A stretch of DNA of 64,000 nt from an uncultured delta proteobacterium. Its GTDB lineage: Bacteria > Myxococcota_A > Polyangia > Palsa-1104. A model generated the notes under the pieces. It saw only the letters and a list, made by a program, of their open reading frames with translations. It did not search any database and was not told the origin of the DNA. The stretch covers positions 448,001 to 512,000 of the forward strand of contig CAWAWS010000007.1 in NCBI GenBank assembly GCA_963785725.1, read 5' to 3'. Shown here one piece after another: positions 29,995 to 39,479 of this stretch. The position numbers were made by a program, and so were the translations under genes. Each line of letters begins with the position of its first letter. Positions within the stretch are counted from its first letter, which is position 1.

Positions 29995-31761
29995 TTACTT
30001 CTTGTCGGACCACGGCGGCGGCAACACCGGCGGACGCTCGGCCGCTTTCTGCGTGCGCTGCAGCTCGATCTCGCTCATCAGCAGCGCCGGCGCCACCGTC
30101 GACACCGGGACGAAGCCGCTCTCGGCGCCGCAGAAGCCGTTGAAGACGCCTTCGGTGTCGGAGGTGGCGATGATGCGCGAGACCGTCGTCAGCGGCGTGC
30201 CCACCATCTCGACGCCGCGCACGAGCGTCTCGGCGCCGGTCTTGGCGTCGACGCGATAGACGAGGCGCGGCTCGCCTTTGAACGCTTGGTAGCCGTAGTT
30301 GGACGTGTTCGTCGAGCCGCCGGTGATGTCGCGGATGATGAGCCCGAAGGGCTTGCCTTGGCGGCGCACTTCGTCGAGCAACAGCTCCTTCAGCTTCGAG
30401 ACCGGCACCTTCTTCGTCGAGCGTAAGAATAAGTTGGCCATGCGGCCCATCGGGTTGGCGCTGCCTTCGGCGCGGCCGTGGCCGTTGGAGTGCAGCGAGC
30501 CGGCGATGGGCGTGCGCGACTTCAAGTAGTCGCGCAAGACGCCGTTGTCGATGAGCGTGACCTTGCGCGCGACGACGCCCTCGTCGTCGTAGCTGTACCA
30601 GCCGTTGAGCGACACCGGGCGATGGGCGATGGCCGGGCCGCCGCCTTCGGCCGGCGCGTCGATGCCGCCGCCGGTTCGCACCGTCGGGTCGTCGATGACG
30701 CTCAAGAACGTCGGCAACACTTTGTGCCCGACCTGGCCTTTGAACGTGCGGCCCTCTTTTTCGTCGTTCTGGCGCTCGCCTTCGAGGCGATGGCCGACGG
30801 TCTCGTGGAAGAACACGCCCGCCGCCTCTTCCATCAAAATTGCTGGACCGGTATAGGGATCGATGAGCGGCGCCTCGCGTAACGCGCGCAGCTCGCTGGC
30901 CAAGAGCGCGATGGCGTCGGCGAGCTGTTTGTCGTCGGGCAATTCGTCGGGCGTGCGGCCGTAGAAGTCCTTTTCGTGCTCGAGCAGCATGCCGTCTTTG
31001 GCGCGCGTCGAGGCGTTGACGTGCAGCGCGAAGATCGTCCGCTCGGTGACGATGGTGCTGCCCTCGGAGTTGACGAACCAGCGCGTCACGCGGTCGCCGG
31101 AGATCTTGATGGCGCCTTCGAAGAGGTCGGGATAGGCGCGAAAGAGCGCGCTGGCTTTGGTCGCGCGCGCCGCGAACAGCGGCTCGTTCCAGGAGAACGG
31201 CGAGGTCTCGTCGACGTGATGCGCCGCCGGCTCGCGCGAAAAGCTGGGCAGATTCTCGTCTTCGCTGATCGTCGTCGCCCGCTTGCCGCGCTTCTTCGCG
31301 TAGGCCGCCAGCGCGCGCTTGTATTTCGCGTCCGTCAACAGCCACAGCGTGCCGCGCAAGGCCTGCGGATCGTCGTCGAGCGGCGCTTCCGTCGGCGCCT
31401 CCCACTGATCGGAGTCGCCCATGTCGAACGCCAGCTCGCGATCGGACGACGTGTTGTCGAACTGATAATCGCCGACGCGTACCTCGGCCCAAGCCTGCCG
31501 CGCGTGATTGTCGGTCACGTCGGTGGGCGCGCCGAAGCGGGCCGACACCGAGTGCTGCTGATAGTCGCGCACCGCATAACCGATGAAGTAGGGCGCCTCG
31601 AAATGTTTCAGGCGCAGCTTGGCCATCGAGCGCGACAGCTCGGCCTGCATCGCGGCCAACACCGGCGAATCCTGCATCGCGCCCGGCGCCGACTGCGCCG
31701 CCTGCGCCGGAAACGCGCCGAAACTCGTTATCAATAACGCGATCGATATATGTTTTTTCAT
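29995..31761 (-). CDS. TldD/PmbA-family metalloprotease with signal peptide
   Basis: FFHETVGHRLEG, YDDEGV, SNGHGR, GFCGAESG; start overlaps sctN stop (ATGA). Confidence 0.9.
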   Translation of the reverse strand: MKKHISIALLITSFGAFPAQAAQSAPGAMQDSPVLAAMQAELSRSMAKLRLKHFEAPYFIGYAVRDYQQHSVSARFGAPTDVTDNHARQAWAEVRVGDYQFDNTSSDRELAFDMGDSDQWEAPTEAPLDDDPQALRGTLWLLTDAKYKRALAAYAKKRGKRATTISEDENLPSFSREPAAHHVDETSPFSWNEPLFAARATKASALFRAYPDLFEGAIKISGDRVTRWFVNSEGSTIVTERTIFALHVNASTRAKDGMLLEHEKDFYGRTPDELPDDKQLADAIALLASELRALREAPLIDPYTGPAILMEEAAGVFFHETVGHRLEGERQNDEKEGRTFKGQVGHKVLPTFLSVIDDPTVRTGGGIDAPAEGGGPAIAHRPVSLNGWYSYDDEGVVARKVTLIDNGVLRDYLKSRTPIAGSLHSNGHGRAEGSANPMGRMANLFLRSTKKVPVSKLKELLLDEVRRQGKPFGLIIRDITGGSTNTSNYGYQAFKGEPRLVYRVDAKTGAETLVRGVEMVGTPLTTVSRIIATSDTEGVFNGFCGAESGFVPVSTVAPALLMSEIELQRTQKAAERPPVLPPPWSDKK

Positions 31762-33131
31762 TTTGCGAATAGGTTGATGAGGCGCTGGCGCGAGTCGGCG
31801 AAGTGGGCCTCTTCGTCGCGTCCTTGGCGCAGGAAGGCGTCGACGGCGGCGACGCGCGCCAACGCATCGTCGGTGGCCGGGTCCGCGCCTTTGCGGTAGG
31901 CGCCGAGCAGCACGAGGTCGCGCTGGCGCTCGTAGGTCGCCAGGACCTCGCGCAGCCGCGCCGCCGCGCGCCGATGGCCGTCGTCGACCAGCTCGTCCAT
32001 GACGCGCGACAAGGAGCGCACCGGATCGAGCGCCGGCCACTGATTGCGCGCGGCGCGCTCGGCCGAGAGCACGATGTGACCGTCCAAGATCGCGCGCACC
32101 TCTTCGGCGATCGGATCGTCGCCGTCGTCGCCCGAGGTCAAGACGGCGTAAACGGCGGTGATCGAGCCTTTGTCCGACTGGCCCGAGCGCTCGAGCAGGC
32201 GCGGCAAGAGCGCGAACACCGACGGCGGATAACCTTGGCGCGCCGGCGGCTCGCCCGCGGCCAGGCCGACCTCGCGCTGCGCTCGCGCCACGCGCGTCAA
32301 CGAGTCCACGAGCAGGAGCACGCGCTTGCCCTGCTCGCGGAAATATTCGGCGACGGCGGTGGCGGTCAGCGCCGACTTCAAGCGCAGGAGCGGCGCCGCG
32401 TCCGACGTGGCCACGACGCAGACGGCGCGGCGGCGGCTCTCGTCGTCGAGCTGCGTCTCCAAGAAGTCGCGCACCTCGCGGCCGCGCTCGCCGACGAGGC
32501 CGATGACGATGACGTCGGCTTCGGTGTGGCGCGCGATGTGGCCGAGCAGCGTCGACTTGCCGAGACCGGGGCCGGCGAAGAGGCCGATGCGCTGGCCCTC
32601 ACCGACGGTGGCGACGGCGTCGATGGCGCGCACGCCGACCGACAAGGCGCGCGTGACGCGGCGGCGCTGCAGCGGATCGGGCGCGGCGCGCTCGACCGGC
32701 CACCAGTCGAGATGGGTCGCGCTGCCGGCGCTGCCGGCGTTTGCCGCGGTGGCGTCGAGCGGCGGGCCGCCGTCGATGGGCTCGCCGAGGCCGTCGATGA
32801 CGCGGCCGAGCAGCGGCGCGCCGCAGCGGATGGAGAACGGTCGGCCGGTCGGGCGCACGACGCTGTCGGGACCGACGCCGGCGGCGTTGCCGAGCGGCAA
32901 GAGGATGACCTGCTCGCCGTGGAAGCCGACGACCTCGGCGCGCAGCGGGCCGCCGCGGGCGCGCTCGACGATGACCAGCTCGCCGGTGCGCGCGCCGGGC
33001 GCGGTCGCGCGCAAGACGAGCCCGACGAGCTCGGTGACGCGGCCGGCGACGCGCGGCGCGGTCACGCCGTCGACGACGCTGAGCGCGGCTTCGAGCCGCA
33101 GCTTGTCGCCGCTCACGCCGCGGCCTCGCAC
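31758..33131 (-). CDS. sctN: Type III secretion/flagellar-type ATPase (SctN/FliI family)
   Basis: GEGQRIGLFAGPGLGKST, GERGREVRDF, DSLTR..AQREVGLAAGEPP..GYPPSVF, LDGHIVLS. Confidence 0.9.
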   Translation of the reverse strand: MRGRGVSGDKLRLEAALSVVDGVTAPRVAGRVTELVGLVLRATAPGARTGELVIVERARGGPLRAEVVGFHGEQVILLPLGNAAGVGPDSVVRPTGRPFSIRCGAPLLGRVIDGLGEPIDGGPPLDATAANAGSAGSATHLDWWPVERAAPDPLQRRRVTRALSVGVRAIDAVATVGEGQRIGLFAGPGLGKSTLLGHIARHTEADVIVIGLVGERGREVRDFLETQLDDESRRRAVCVVATSDAAPLLRLKSALTATAVAEYFREQGKRVLLLVDSLTRVARAQREVGLAAGEPPARQGYPPSVFALLPRLLERSGQSDKGSITAVYAVLTSGDDGDDPIAEEVRAILDGHIVLSAERAARNQWPALDPVRSLSRVMDELVDDGHRRAAARLREVLATYERQRDLVLLGAYRKGADPATDDALARVAAVDAFLRQGRDEEAHFADSRQRLINLFAK

Positions 33132-33215
33132 GGGCGCGACGGACGAAACGCGGGCGGCTGTAGGCGTACGAGCGGCATCGACGATGGCGGCGTCCTCACG
33201 ATCGACACCGCGCGC

Positions 33216-33827
33216 CTACTCCGGTTCCCCGCGCAGCGCGCGTTCGATCGCGTCGAGCTGCGTCGACAGTCGCGCGTCGATGACGCCGAGCTCGGTCTCG
33301 ACGATGCACCCGCCGCGGCTGACGCCCGGATCCGCACGAAAGACAACCACTTGCGCCGCGCGACAGCGTTCGACGAGGCGCGGCTTGCCGCGTTCGAGCG
33401 CCTCCAGGTCTTCGGCCGCGCAGCGCAAGACGAGCTCGCGTGGCTCGCCCGCGTGCTTGAGCGCCGCGCGCGCCACGTCGACCACGGCGCCGGCGTCGAC
33501 TTGCAGCTCGCGGCCCAAGATCTTCTCGGCGATTCGCACCGCCAGCGTCCGCAGCTCGCTCTCGGCGTTCGCCCGCGCCCGCGCCGCCGCTGCCCGCGCG
33601 CCGACGAGCAGCTCGGTCACCGCCGCCAGGCCGCGCTCGCGCCCTTCGGTCTCGGCGCGCCGGCGCAGCCGCTCGATCTCGTCGTGCGCCGCCTGCAGCT
33701 CGCGCTCGGCCTGCTCGCGCGCCTCGGCGATCAGCCGCTCGGCCTCCAGCTTGGCGTCGAACACGTCGGCCTGCACGATGGCGCGCTTGACCTGCCCGCT
33801 CGCCCCCGACTTGATGACCTTGCTCAT
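33216..33827 (-). CDS. sctL: Type III secretion stator (SctL/FliH family)
   Basis: MSKVIK start, A/E/R-rich helix with GxxxG, AEKILGREL, GGCIVETELGVIDARLSTQL. Confidence 0.9.
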   Translation of the reverse strand: MSKVIKSGASGQVKRAIVQADVFDAKLEAERLIAEAREQAERELQAAHDEIERLRRRAETEGRERGLAAVTELLVGARAAAARARANAESELRTLAVRIAEKILGRELQVDAGAVVDVARAALKHAGEPRELVLRCAAEDLEALERGKPRLVERCRAAQVVVFRADPGVSRGGCIVETELGVIDARLSTQLDAIERALRGEPE

Positions 33828-33841
33828 GCCGCGTCGCCAAT

Positions 33842-33904
33842 ATTGTGCATTCGCATCATGTCATTATGCATTTGCACTACGTTATTATGCATTTGCATCA
33901 TGAG
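33842..33904 (+). repeat. 21-bp-period palindromic repeat array (3 units)
   Basis: ATTGTGCATTCGCATCATGTC / ATTATGCATTTGCACTACGTT / ATTATGCATTTGCATCATGAG. Confidence 0.9.
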
Positions 33905-33926
33905 CGGCCGAACGATCATGGCCCGA

Positions 33927-34388
33927 TCACTTCTTGCCTTCGGTGTCGGCGGTGGTGATCTCGTTGTCGATCTCGTTCACGTCGTCGGCGCGGCGCGGGA
34001 ACTTCTTGGCCATGCGCGAGCCGACCGATTGGATGGCGCCGCTGATGCCTTCGCCGAAGGCGCCGCGCGCGAACGCCACCTTCATGCGCTGCACGGCGTC
34101 GGCCCAGAAGCCGGAGCCGACCTCTTCGTGGATGCCGACGTCACCGAGGATGCTGAACATGCGATCGCGCGTCGCGACATAGATGAGCACGGCGTTGCGC
34201 TCTTTGGTCTTCGTCAGGCCGAGCCGCGTGAACAGCTCGGTGCCGCGATGATAGGCGTCGCCGCCCGGGCAGCGCGCTTCGACGTGAACCTTGATCTCGC
34301 CCGAAGTGACCCGCTCGGCGGCGCGAATGGCGTCGACGATCTTCTGCTGGTCGGTCGGATGCAGCACCTTGTCGAGCATTCCCGGCAT
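33927..34388 (-). CDS. TPM-domain protein (short type)
   Basis: AIRAAERVTSGEIKVHVE, RNAVLIY, GDVGIH, DDVNEI. Confidence 0.9.
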   Translation of the reverse strand: MPGMLDKVLHPTDQQKIVDAIRAAERVTSGEIKVHVEARCPGGDAYHRGTELFTRLGLTKTKERNAVLIYVATRDRMFSILGDVGIHEEVGSGFWADAVQRMKVAFARGAFGEGISGAIQSVGSRMAKKFPRRADDVNEIDNEITTADTEGKK

Positions 34389-34589
34389 TCGTTCCTCGAA
34401 GCCCCCAAAGATGACGCAAATCCTGACGAACGCTCGCTGCCGCCGTCGAAACGAGGCTAGGCGGACGACGTCGCGACGACCGAACTCCAACGTGACGCAG
34501 GCGCGGCAGGCCGTGCCGAGCCAGCGCTCGCGACGGGCGTTGGCGCGCGGCCGGCGCCGGCGAAGACGCGCGCGGCGAAGACGACGTGA

Positions 34590-35345
34590 CTACCAGCTGC
34601 CGCCACTGCCGCCGCCGCCGAACGAGCCGCCGCCGCCGCCCCAGCTGCTGCCGCCGCCGCTGCCGCCGCTCGACCAGCCGCCACCGCCGCCGGTGCCGAT
34701 GAACCAGCCGCCACCGCCGCCACCGCCGCCGCGACGACGGAGGATCTGCACGATCACGAAGATGGCGATGAAGATGAGGATCGGATAGGGGAAGCCGCCG
34801 CCGTTGCCGGAGCCTTGGCTGCGCGGCGCCGCCAGCGGCAGCTTGCCTTCTTCGTGCTGGTGGCCGCCCGTCGCCGTGTCGATCGCGGCCAAGCCGGCGC
34901 GCAGCCCGCCTTCGTAGTCGCCGGCCTTGAAGCGTGGCTCCATCAGCTCGGTGCGAATGCGGCCGGTGAGCGCGTCGGTGAGCTGCCCTTCGAGCCCGTA
35001 GCCGACGGCCATGAAGTCCTTGTGATCCTGAATGAACAGCGTGATGAGGACGCCGTCGCTGTTCTTCTTGGAGCCGATCTTCCAGGCCTCGGCGACCTGC
35101 ATGGTGAAGTCGAACAGCTCCTCGCCGTCGAGCGCCGGGAAGATGGCGACGGCGATCTGTCGCGTCGTGCCCAGCTCATACGACAACAGCTGCTGGTTGA
35201 GCCGCGCCACCGCGTCCGGCGTCAGCGCGTGCGCATAGTCGTTGACCGGCTGGGTCGGTCGCGGCGGCACCGTCAGCGCATGCGCCGCCGGCGACGCCGA
35301 CAGCCCAACGACCGCCACGCACGCCGCGACCACGAGCGCGCGCAT
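34590..35345 (-). CDS. TPM-domain (YgcG-like) membrane protein
   Basis: VNDYA, WKIG, VGYGLEG, Gly-rich tail GGGSFGGGGSGGSW. Confidence 0.9.
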   Translation of the reverse strand: MRALVVAACVAVVGLSASPAAHALTVPPRPTQPVNDYAHALTPDAVARLNQQLLSYELGTTRQIAVAIFPALDGEELFDFTMQVAEAWKIGSKKNSDGVLITLFIQDHKDFMAVGYGLEGQLTDALTGRIRTELMEPRFKAGDYEGGLRAGLAAIDTATGGHQHEEGKLPLAAPRSQGSGNGGGFPYPILIFIAIFVIVQILRRRGGGGGGGGWFIGTGGGGGWSSGGSGGGSSWGGGGGSFGGGGSGGSW

Positions 35346-35434
35346 CTACGCCGCTCCCGTGGACGACGGCTGACGCGGCGACGGCGGCCGTGAGCCGCGC
35401 GCGCCGCGCGTCGCCGTCCGTCGCAGAAGCTGCT

Positions 35435-36013
35435 TCAGAATTGCACCGCCGGCGCCGTCTCGGCGTTGGGGCTGGTGGCGCGGAACGGCTCCTTCGCCTT
35501 GAAGCCCCAGATCTTGGCCGCGATCATCGTCGGGAATTCGCGGCACTTGACGTTGTAGTCGCGCACCGCGTCGTTGTAGCGCTTGCGCTCGACGGAGATG
35601 CGGTTCTCGGTACCTTCCAGCTGCGACATCAGATCGCGGAAGGCCGCGTTCGCCTTCAGGTCGGGATAGGCCTCCGACGTCGCGATGAGCCGGCCCAGCG
35701 ACGAGGACAGCTTGGCCTGCGCGTCCTCGAACTGCTTGACCTTCTCCGGGTTCGACAGATCGTCGACGCTGAGCTTGATCTGCGTCGCCGAGGCGCGCGC
35801 CGCCGTCACCTCTTGCAGCGTCGTCTCCTCGTGTTTCGCCGAGCCTTTGACGGTGTTGACGAGGTTGGGAATGAGATCGGCGCGACGCTGATAGACGTTC
35901 TCTACCTGCGCCCAGGCCGCTTTGACGCTCTCGTCACCGGACACGAGCGAGTTGTAGCCACAGCCCGACAGCGGCAGGACGAGCGCGAGGACGAGCATGA
36001 CGGATCGCTTCAT
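35435..36013 (-). CDS. lemA: LemA family lipoprotein
   Basis: SGCGYN, YQRRADLIPNLV, YPDLKA, LEGTENRI. Confidence 0.95.
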   Translation of the reverse strand: MKRSVMLVLALVLPLSGCGYNSLVSGDESVKAAWAQVENVYQRRADLIPNLVNTVKGSAKHEETTLQEVTAARASATQIKLSVDDLSNPEKVKQFEDAQAKLSSSLGRLIATSEAYPDLKANAAFRDLMSQLEGTENRISVERKRYNDAVRDYNVKCREFPTMIAAKIWGFKAKEPFRATSPNAETAPAVQF

Positions 36014-36020
36014 GCCTTGA

Positions 36021-36875
36021 TTATAGGTCCCGATCGACGACGTTGGCCAGCCGCGCCAGGGCGGCGCCGCGCTCGCCGTCACTGCTGGGCGCCGCCGCCG
36101 CGTCGACGAGCGCCTGCCCGAGCGCGCGCGGCAGCCGTTGCGCGACGCGGCGCAGCTCGTCGCCGTCGCGCGCCAACGCCGGCCCGAGCCAGGCCGCGCC
36201 GACGCGAAAGAACAGCGCCGACGCGCGATCGCGACCGCCGTCGCCGCCGAGCTCGCCGTCGTCACCGGCGCCGCCGACGCCGCCGCCGGCAAAGAACACC
36301 GCGTGCTGGGCCGCCTTGATGTCGTCGGGCGTGGCCGTTTTTTGCACGCGCAGCTCGGTCACTTCGGCGACGAGCGCGCTGGCCGCCGGCTCGCCGAGCC
36401 GCGCGCACAGCTGCGCCAGTCCCGCCCGCGGCGCGCCGATGAACGCCAGCGCCACGCGGCGCCGACCGAGCGCCGCCAACGCCAGCTCCAAGCGCTCGGC
36501 CGTATGGCGTGACAGCGACGGCACCGGCGGGTCGTCTTCCATCGCCACCAAGTGCGCGTAGGCCGCGCGGCCCATGTGCGCGCTCGCGGCCGGCCGCGTC
36601 GACTGGGCCGGCGCCACGTACCAGCTGCGATCGATGCGCGCGAGGCCCGCCGGCTCGACGCGATCGAAGGCCGCCGCCGCGCGCGCTCGCGCCGCCGGGT
36701 CGACGAGCGTTGCCGCCAAGCGGCCCAGCGCCGCGGCGTCGGCATGCGCGCCTTTGCCGCGCTCGCTGCAGAATGTCGCCGCCGCCTCACCGAGCGCGCG
36801 CGCCGCCGCCAGCGCAAAGCCGCGCGCCCGCGTCGATGGCGCCGGCGCCGATGGTGTCGATGAAGCCGGGTTCAC
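36021..36875 (-). CDS. Ala-rich hypothetical protein (possible SctK-position gene)
   Basis: GTG overlaps the ligase stop; fills the gap to lemA; helical composition (LARIDRSWY, AQRLPRALG); no recognised motif. Confidence 0.55.
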   Translation of the reverse strand: MNPASSTPSAPAPSTRARGFALAAARALGEAAATFCSERGKGAHADAAALGRLAATLVDPAARARAAAAFDRVEPAGLARIDRSWYVAPAQSTRPAASAHMGRAAYAHLVAMEDDPPVPSLSRHTAERLELALAALGRRRVALAFIGAPRAGLAQLCARLGEPAASALVAEVTELRVQKTATPDDIKAAQHAVFFAGGGVGGAGDDGELGGDGGRDRASALFFRVGAAWLGPALARDGDELRRVAQRLPRALGQALVDAAAAPSSDGERGAALARLANVVDRDL

Positions 36876-38371
36876 GAGGCGTTGCCGCGCAGCCGCCAGC
36901 GCTGCACTTTGCCGTCGGGCGCGCGCGGCAGCGCATCGACGAACGACACTTGCCGCGGGTATTTGTAGGGCGCGATCTCGTCCTTCACGAACTGCATGAG
37001 CCCTTGCGCCAGCGCGTCCGACGGCGTCTGCCCGACGTTCACGACGACGTACGCATGCGGCTGCGGCAGCCCATCGGCGTCGCGATCTTCGACGACCGCA
37101 CACTCCCAGACCGCCGGATGCAGCAGCAGCGCGCGCTCGACCTCGCCCGGCGCGACCCAGCGGCCGCCGACCTTGAACAGATCGTCGGCGCGCCCGCAGT
37201 GATAGAAGTAGCCGTCGCTGTCGACGAGGAAGCGATCGCCCGAGCGCAGCTTGCCGGTCACGGTCGGCGCCTCCAGCTCGAGCGCGCCGATCTCTTGCGC
37301 CGGGCAGGCCTTGCCCTCGTCGTCGACGACGCGCGCCGTGATGCCGGGCAGCGGCTTGCCGACCGAGAGCGCGCGGCGATCGCCGGGACGATTGGAGAGC
37401 ACGAACGACAGCGCGTCCGACAGCCCGAAGCCATGCAAGAGCTCGACGCCGAACAGCTCGTGCACGCGCTTGTCGACGGCCAGCGGCAACGTCTCGCCGC
37501 CCGACACCGCGTGCCGCACCGCCGCCATCAGCTGTGGTCGCGGCACGCTCAGGAGCGCGTAGTCGTTCGCCAGCTGCGCCCACAGCGACGGCGTCGCCGC
37601 CAGCACCGTCGGCTGGAACGCGGCCAGCACGTCGAAGAGCGCGCGCGGCCGCGCCCGCTGCGGCATGAGGAACGTCACCGCGCCCGCGGCCAGCGGGAAC
37701 AAGAGGCCGAGCCCGAGGCCGTACGCCGTCGACAGCTTGGCCGTCGCCAGCACGCGGTCGGTCTCCGCCAAATGCAGCACTTCGCGCGCGTAACAGCTGA
37801 ACGCCAGCGCCGCCGCGTCGTGGCCGTGCGTCGACGCGTGCGGCTCGTCGGTGACGCTGCCGGAATAGAGCCGGAACGCCGGCACGTCCTCGTCCGACTC
37901 GTGCGCGGCATAAGACGGCTCGACGTCGCGCGCCAGCGCCGAGAAGTCGACCTGGCCCGGATGCGCGCCACCCACGGTGCACAAGTGGCGCAAGGTCGGC
38001 AGCTCGCCGCGAATCTGATCGACGCCGCTCGCCAAATCGCCGGCCGCGATCACTTCCACCGCTTGCGAATGGTTGATGAGCGTCCGCAGCTCGAGCGGCC
38101 GCAAGAGCGCGTTGAGCGGCACGGCCACGGCCCCGATGCGCGCGCAGGCCAAGAAGATCGACGCCAGCTCCGCCGAGTCGTGCATGACGAGCGCGACGCG
38201 TTCGCCGGGCTTGACGCCCAGCTCCTTCAGCGCCGACGCTGCGCGCGCGGATTCGTCGCACAGGCGTGAATAGGTCCACACCCGCTTCGGCTCACGAATC
38301 GCCGCCTGTTCCCCCCGGCCTGCCTCGACGTGGTCGTCGATGAGGGCGCGGGAGAGGTTCCTCTGCGCCAC
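36872..38371 (-). CDS. Benzoate-CoA-ligase-like AMP-binding enzyme with degenerate motifs
   Basis: AYGLG, SGGETL, SGD..DSDGYFYHCGRADDLFKVGGRWV, YKYPR, GKVQR. Confidence 0.85.
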   Translation of the reverse strand: MAQRNLSRALIDDHVEAGRGEQAAIREPKRVWTYSRLCDESARAASALKELGVKPGERVALVMHDSAELASIFLACARIGAVAVPLNALLRPLELRTLINHSQAVEVIAAGDLASGVDQIRGELPTLRHLCTVGGAHPGQVDFSALARDVEPSYAAHESDEDVPAFRLYSGSVTDEPHASTHGHDAAALAFSCYAREVLHLAETDRVLATAKLSTAYGLGLGLLFPLAAGAVTFLMPQRARPRALFDVLAAFQPTVLAATPSLWAQLANDYALLSVPRPQLMAAVRHAVSGGETLPLAVDKRVHELFGVELLHGFGLSDALSFVLSNRPGDRRALSVGKPLPGITARVVDDEGKACPAQEIGALELEAPTVTGKLRSGDRFLVDSDGYFYHCGRADDLFKVGGRWVAPGEVERALLLHPAVWECAVVEDRDADGLPQPHAYVVVNVGQTPSDALAQGLMQFVKDEIAPYKYPRQVSFVDALPRAPDGKVQRWRLRGNAS

Positions 38372-38415
38372 TTGAGATCAGTGTACACCATGCCGCGGCG
38401 TGTTATAAGCGCGAC

Positions 38416-38994
38416 ATGCGCATCATTGGTGGCCGCGCCGGTGGCCGCACGCTGCGAGCGCCCAAAGGCGATGGCACCCGTCCGACGTCGGACAAGGTGC
38501 GCGAGGCGATCTTCAACATCCTCGACTCCAACTTCGAGACGCCCGCGCGTGTCCTCGATCTCTACGCCGGCTCGGGCGGTTTGGGCCTGGAAGCGCTGTC
38601 GCGCGGCGCCACCTCCGCGCTCTTCGTCGACGCCGACGAGGACGCCTGCGAGGTCATCCAGGCCAACATCGACACGCTGAGCTGTAGTGGCGCTGCGGTA
38701 ATCTGTAGCCCGGTCGTACGCTGGCTCACGAAGCAGGCGGGCGCAGATTTCGGTTGGGTCTTCCTCGATCCGCCGTACGATTCCCATAAGACGGGCGAGC
38801 TCGACAAAGCGCTGGGCCTCATCGTGCGCAAAGAGGTGCTGGCGCCCGACGGGCTCGTCATCGCCGAGCACGAGTGGCGCAACGCGCCCGAAGACAAGAT
38901 CGGCGACGACGAGAACGCCTTGGCGCTCTTCGATCGCCGACGTTACGGACAAACGGCGGTGTCGTTCTACCGACGGAGTGAAGCAAATGGCTGA
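38416..38994 (+). CDS. rsmD: 16S rRNA m2G966 methyltransferase
   Basis: [36 protein letters not shown]. Confidence 0.95.
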   Translation: MRIIGGRAGGRTLRAPKGDGTRPTSDKVREAIFNILDSNFETPARVLDLYAGSGGLGLEALSRGATSALFVDADEDACEVIQANIDTLSCSGAAVICSPVVRWLTKQAGADFGWVFLDPPYDSHKTGELDKALGLIVRKEVLAPDGLVIAEHEWRNAPEDKIGDDENALALFDRRRYGQTAVSFYRRSEANG

Positions 38995-39479
38995 GCGCAT
39001 CGCGATCTACCCCGGCTCGTTCGATCCCATCACCAACGGGCACGTCGACATCCTGCAGCGCGCGCTCGCCATGTTCGATCGCGTCGTCGTCGCCATCGCC
39101 AACAACGTCCGCAAGGCGCCGCTCTTCACCGTCGACGAGCGCCGCCAGCACATCCTGACCGCCGTCGGCCACGACACGCGCGTCGAAGTGGACGCGTTCG
39201 AGGGCTTGCTCGTCGAGTACGTCGAAAAACGCGGCGCCCGCATCGTCGTGCGCGGCCTGCGCGCGCTCGCCGACTTCGAGTACGAGTTCCAGCTCGCGCA
39301 CATGAATCGGCGCCTCGGCCACGACATCGACACCATCTTCCTCATGACCTCGGAGAAGGACTTTTACGTCTCCTCGTCGCTGGTCAAAGAGGTCGCGCAG
39401 TTCGGCGGTCGACGTCACCGGTCTCGTGCCGGCGACGGTGGAGACCGCGTTGTACGAACGACTAGGAAAGGGAAAATGA
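38987..39479 (+). CDS. coaD: Phosphopantetheine adenylyltransferase (+1 indel near 39410)
   Basis: [30 protein letters not shown]; removing one base gives GGDVTGLVP..LGKGK and a stop at 39477-39479. Confidence 0.92.

Noticed and set aside
31803..34460. Very long alternative-frame ORFs (e.g. 31803..34460, 29096..31867, 58146..60332, 38858..40747)
   Set aside because: Shadow ORFs overlapping well-supported genes; Arg/Ala-rich and expected at this GC content.
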